NCBI GenBank assembly: GCA_977862235.1
Contig: OZ374562.1
Span: forward strand, 2,294,001 to 2,358,000
DNA length: 64,000 bases
Direction: 5' to 3'
DNA from: Dudresnaya verticillata
Taxonomy: Eukaryota
Part shown: one piece after another, positions 59,092 to 64,000 of the stretch
Numbering within the stretch: position 1 is the stretch's first letter
How the letters are laid out: every line of letters begins with the position of its first letter
Notes under the pieces: generated by a model
Seen by the model: the letters and a program-made list of their open reading frames with translations, nothing else
What the model was told of the DNA's origin: nothing
Databases searched by the model: none
Translations under genes and position numbers: made by a program

Positions 59092-60090
59092 ATAGTGCTT
59101 GTCCAGCTACCTAGACTAGTTCGCTGTACTCTAAAGGGTAGGATATTGGTAGCAAATGCGCAGGTGCTACCCAGGAATATCACTCCAAAATACTACAAAC
59201 CGTGGTGCCACCCACGTCTTCTGCCGCTTTACTATGTTCTGCATCCCCACGGACGTTTCGATGCTTTGTCTGAGCGAATAGGGAGCTATCCACTGGGTGG
59301 CTGGATGCAGTGGCCGGTTTGCATCCAAACTGCATGGGTGGGTCGCCATTTTCCCTATCTGTTAGGAACTCACCTTTTAGGGAAGATGGGCGACCGGCTG
59401 GGTTCTCCAACACTGAGAGGGCCCGCCGTGTCCATACGGACTGCCTTCGTCGTCCTCCAGTACAGCGCTCTGTAAATAGAAAAAAAGGCCACTGTAAACG
59501 AGACGTTCGGAACCAATGACGTCTGTACGATTGACCGTTGAAGGAGGTACACTTTTCCATGTCAAAGTGTACCTCTGGTCATTGGATGCACCCCTCTCCT
59601 ACTTGAAACAGTAAGGGCCTGTCGGAACAGCGAGCTATTGCGTCGCACCCCCCCTCCCGCGACTTGGCTCAATGCCAGTGGTGCGCCAATATTAAATTAA
59701 ACCGCGACAGAACTGTGCTGGACTCTCGCGGCTTACAGCCTTGCACAGCGACTGCGGCCAGCGGGAACACTTGTCGCGCCCAGAAGCAAAGCCCTCCACG
59801 CTCCGTGACGCTGGGCAGACACTTGTCCTAAATCCGTGCGGTCAAATGCCCCTGTCCGATCCAGATCCGTGTTCAAAAGAAAATACAAATATTGCGCTCC
59901 CCTTCGAACCGCGGTGTGTGCGAACGCCGCTCGACTCTCGTCGAAGATCGAAAAGACACCCAAGCAAACGCAACTCTCGGACTCGCGCTTTGAGCCAGTC
60001 CGAACCTGCCAGAACCAGCGAGAACCCCCCTCGCACTTTCCTTACGACAGCGCGCGCCACGACTAACCAAAATCATCTTTCCTAACAGAG

Positions 60091-61680
60091 ATGGTGCTTC
60101 AAGACGCCGAAGCAGTCTTGTCTTCACCTCGCAGCTCCGAAGCTTCGCCCCTGCCAAGGCGATTACCGCGGTTCGCTCGAAAGCGGCCGCGAGAAGACGA
60201 TAAAGCTTATTACAACGTTCCTGCTGTCCGATGTAACGCAGATTCTCTGGACCTAGGACTAGCACCGTCCGTTGAGCAGAATTCTCTGGACCAAGGTGGT
60301 GCTCTCTCAGAGGAGCATGGTTCTTTTGCGGAAGGTCCCGTCGTTTTAGAAGCATGTCCACAAGTTTGTGGAGAGCCGTCCCTATCTCATGTCTACCACT
60401 GCCTATCTGACCTGACCAAGAATGACCTCAAGTCAATTGCGAGGGTTTGGAAACGCAAAATTAGCGGTGCGAAGAAGACGCTCGTTTTTAGACTCTATCG
60501 GTTCTTACAATACCAGGTGTAGGAGCTAAATCGCGAGTTGCTGGTTGTTTTGAGTGCCAATAAGTTCTTCCCGGACATCCACGAGCGCATCACAATGTGG
60601 ACAGAACTTGATGGCGTCCTCGCCGACCCACCGTCTTCTGCCGCAATTGAATTTGAGTTAGAGAAGAGCGGTGACCCTGCCGAAAGCTCCTTTCAGCCAT
60701 CTCCTACCCCAGAGCCCTCAGTAGGAGAACCAGCGGCATCCGGAGACCGGGAGTACCAGGCTTCTGAGCCTGGGCCTGGACAAGGTGAGAAAATTCCCAT
60801 AATCTCTGGCGATGCAGCGACTCCTGACTTCTCTATATCAAAATTTGCGCGTCTAATTGTCGTTCTGAAGGAAGACGCCGTCGCAAGGCGGGCATTGTTT
60901 CAGCTCTCGCAAGAGTTGAATTGGATGCAGTTGGATGCTGGGGTGTCGCGGGACGATTTTTGGGCAACTATCGCAGGACGCTTCAACGACGAGACTTTGC
61001 GACCGCGTTTCTCGTTCGCAAGCTCGGTAGACGACGCGGATCCATCTCTGCTCCCTCTGGTAAGTCGCAGCGCTGGGACGCTCAAGTCCTACTTTCAGCA
61101 AGGTCGTTCTAAATTTACTGTGTTCAAGGAAAGATGGGCGGTTTCCGGTAACAACGACCCTGCAACATTCCCAAACTTTCTAGGGAGAGAGAATAGTGGG
61201 CAAAAGTTGACTATGATGTCGAAAAGAGCGTGGATTGCTTTTATTGTAGCGCACGTGGGCACTGTGAATGAAGACGGGGAGTTTCTCCAGAGCTCCTCCA
61301 AGATTATGGCTCCGGGCGTGGGCTATGAGGAAGGCGTAGAAATCAGAGCAAACAGTGAGGATAGGCATAGGCGTCGAAGCAAGTCACGGGATGGTGTGCC
61401 TTCTGTTGGCGATTTGTGCGGGGAAATGAAAAATGTGGCAAGCGCAGTGAAGGAAATGGCAAACAACGACGCAATGAGCATGCGCGTATCAGGCATTTCA
61501 TCCGATATCCAAGAGGAGGAGGATCTCGAGAAGCTTCTCGACATGTTGGTGAAAGATGAGGAAAGGCTCGAAAAGATGAGGGAGAAGCTGCCATCCACGC
61601 TGCAGAGTCAACTCGTGGCACACTTGCAGACGGTCGCTACCAGCGCGTACTTCAAAAGTACATCCAACGCTCAAATGTGA
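60091..61680 (+). pseudogene. SAP-like plus Myb/SANT-like protein, probably DNA-transposon-associated; in-frame TAG at 60520-60522
   Basis: ORFs 60091-60522 and 60538-61680 share a frame; LTKNDLKSIARVWKRKISGAKKTLVFRL is SAP-like; DDFWATIAGRFND...RSAGTLKSYF...ERWAVSGN is Myb/SANT-like; coiled-coil tail. Confidence 0.55.
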
Positions 61681-62152
61681 CTACTGGAGAAGTCCCGGCT
61701 GGTGCACCGGCGCATGCGCTGTTGCAACAGCCGTGACACTACACTGACTACTTGAATTCTAGTTTTCTTTCTACTTCTTTATTTTCGTTTGCCAAGTTGT
61801 GCGGCGTCGCTGTGTTGTGGCATGGCCGACGCCGGGTGGTGGTGGGATTAGCTCACGCCAATGTGGCGTGAGCTTGCACAACTTTGCGAAGTCCGTTCGT
61901 CGCGATGTATTCAACTGCAGTTGCAGCTACATGTATCTCAAACTCTAGAGACATAGCACAGTGGGAATTCAAGTTACTATTTACTGCGGGAGGTCGTAAG
62001 TGAAAGCACTTTTCCGTATGAAAAAAGGTTCGTTGTCATCACAATGACCAAGCTCGCCAGCGGCGCCGCGAGTTGCGCAACTAGTATCTCGCTTGGTGCG
62101 TTTCTCTCGCCACTACTAACCTATCATCAAGGAATGTCTTTTTACGATTTCA

Positions 62153-62851
62153 TTATGTTCTCTTGGCGCGACTGATGCCGTGCATGCGGGATGTGAGATG
62201 TTTGCTCCATGGCTCGGGGCCTGTGCATGCGACGTTGCACAAATCGCACTTAAATTGCGCACAGCCGAGCTCTGCGTCCGAGGGAAGCATTCGCAGGTCG
62301 CGAAACGTTCGGAGCTGCCGCGCTAATCGCTTGCGAATGTATGCAGGGGCCCCGGGTGTAGCTTACCAACCATCTGAAGAGTGCCAAAAAGATTCTGCAG
62401 CGTCAAAAAAGGTCTCCACATCTTCTATCACTGGCTCCTCCACGGTAGCCCCCTTGCCTTCCATTAAAACGTCTTCGTGCTTCTGCTCCCGCGCCCCAAC
62501 AGCGAAGATCTCTCCTGTTTCTGCGGAAGCGCGGAAGCGCGAATCAATCTCTTCGTTCTTAAGAGACGGCTTGTCAACTTCAAGTACTACAGATGAAAAA
62601 CCTGCTGAGCCTGATGCGATATCTATCGCCGCCTCGGACTTCGGCTTTTTTCCCGCGCGCGGTGCATCAGCGAAGCGGGAACGGCGAGACCTCGCTGTCC
62701 TTCGAGCCCGTTGATCGAGCGCAGACGAAGCTTCGTGCAGCGCGCCTGCTGGCGCCGGCCGATTTCCCGGGGCATCAGCAAATCGAGACGGGCGCTTATT
62801 CCTCCTTTCGCGTTGACAAACAAATCTAGCAGCTCCGTCTTTTACGTCCAT
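62153..62851 (-). CDS. Hypothetical protein with a C-terminal U1/matrin-type C2H2 zinc finger (spliced or pseudogenised)
   Basis: ORF 62363-62851 continues in frame past TAA to FKCDLCNVACTGPEPWSKHLTSRMH; the TAA sits within a GTAAGC donor-like site. Confidence 0.5.
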
Positions 62852-64000
62852 GACGGGGGTCCCTCTACCCGCGGCAGCCCCCGGCTTATATTGGCGTTGC
62901 TCAAAAGGATCAACAGGGTTGCCACAAACAGGAATGCTGTCTGCAGGGTTGCTGGCTTTTGAAGCCTGGGCATCGCCCTGGACTTATCGGATTTCTAGAA
63001 GATCAATGGTAGAACCGGCCGGCCTCCTGTGCCTGTACAGTTCCTGCATAAAGTTTAGTAAAATAGTACATCTGAATTAAACAGTTCCATGCTGGAATGG
63101 CATGACATGGGCCTACATGCATGCATATCTGCAGATACAGACCGGTCTATAGCCGCATGTGGGTAGCGCCACCGCCATGGTTGCAGAGAGGGATTGTAGC
63201 GACGGGGCCTCGTCATCACCGAGGTTGATGCTACGAAAGCGCGTGGCTTTAGAGAGGGGTCGAGATGCGACGGCAGCGGGCGCGGGCGGGCGGGGGGTGT
63301 GAGAGCTCGTTGGTGGTGTGGGTTGAAGTCGGGCGCGGCCGCGCCGCGGGGCGGCAGTGGGGCATTGTGGAGGTCTGAGGTGGAGCTAGTATCTATACAT
63401 ACTATAGTTTGGGTACGATAGTACCCGTCGAAGGGATGGAGCGCGTTTGTTGCGAGAGCAGCTTCTCGCGACGAGCTGCTTGAATAAAAGGCGGCGATCT
63501 GCACTTTCAAGTTTACACCGCGAGAAGACGCGGCAATCAGCAATCCCACACCCGCCCCCCGCTCGCCCAGAGCAGCTTCCCTCCTCGCCGCAATCCCGCC
63601 TGCACAATGCCACCCCGCTGCACACGTGCGGGAGCTCCCGCCTGCACAGTGCCGCTGCTGCAGCTCTCCTCAAAAGTCCTATCGCCGCCACCACCGCGCC
63701 TGCACTCCCACTTCGCCCCTCTCCTCACGCACCTGCGAACCGCCTGGCTACCCCCCTCCCTCTCCCCACGCTATCCTCGCGCTCCTTCCTGGCAAAAATA
63801 TACACCACGCAAGCCACCGCCATCCAGTTCCTGCCTTCCTGTACACCTACCCCTCGACCGCCCACCCCGAAACGCACCACATCAACTCGCGCCTGCTCAC
63901 GCCCACCTTCTCGTGCGCGCACGCCTCCACAACCTGCGGCGTGGGCCTAGGCCAGTGAGGTGACACCTCCGTCTGCCGCCACCTTATCCCAACCCAGCTC

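Noticed and set aside
57982..59700. Possible additional LTR-like element around the solo LTR
   Set aside because: No termini, TSD or second copy identifiable in the window.

Overview
Eukaryotic, GC-rich, transposon-dominated DNA; the element types would fit a red-algal genome, but that is inference only. About 75% of the window resolves into nested mobile elements whose ends are fixed by terminal inverted repeats (TIRs) and target-site duplications (TSDs). (1) A decayed minus-strand Ty1/Copia element (1-5649) carries three solo LTRs, one of which contains a fourth. (2) A 27-kb chromodomain-bearing Ty3/Gypsy element (5666-32811, TSD ATACT) contains two adjacent PIF/Harbinger transposons (7557-10196 and 10216-12466, TSD ATT), a solo LTR (19431-20331) and a younger full-length chromodomain Gypsy element (20449-31833, TSD AGGTT). 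(3) Two further Copia elements (33148-~40285 minus, ~52129-57975 plus), an inverted Copia 3' fragment, and more LTR remnants. Probable non-TE genes are few: 46376-48487, a SAP/Myb-like ORF and a U1-type zinc-finger ORF. The most striking signal is in the inner Gypsy element. It has a large extra antisense ORF between pol and the 3' LTR, and it is covered end to end, in all codon phases, by about 25 exact copies of the near-palindrome CCGTWACGG. This pattern suggests an element-encoded factor with its own dispersed recognition motif.
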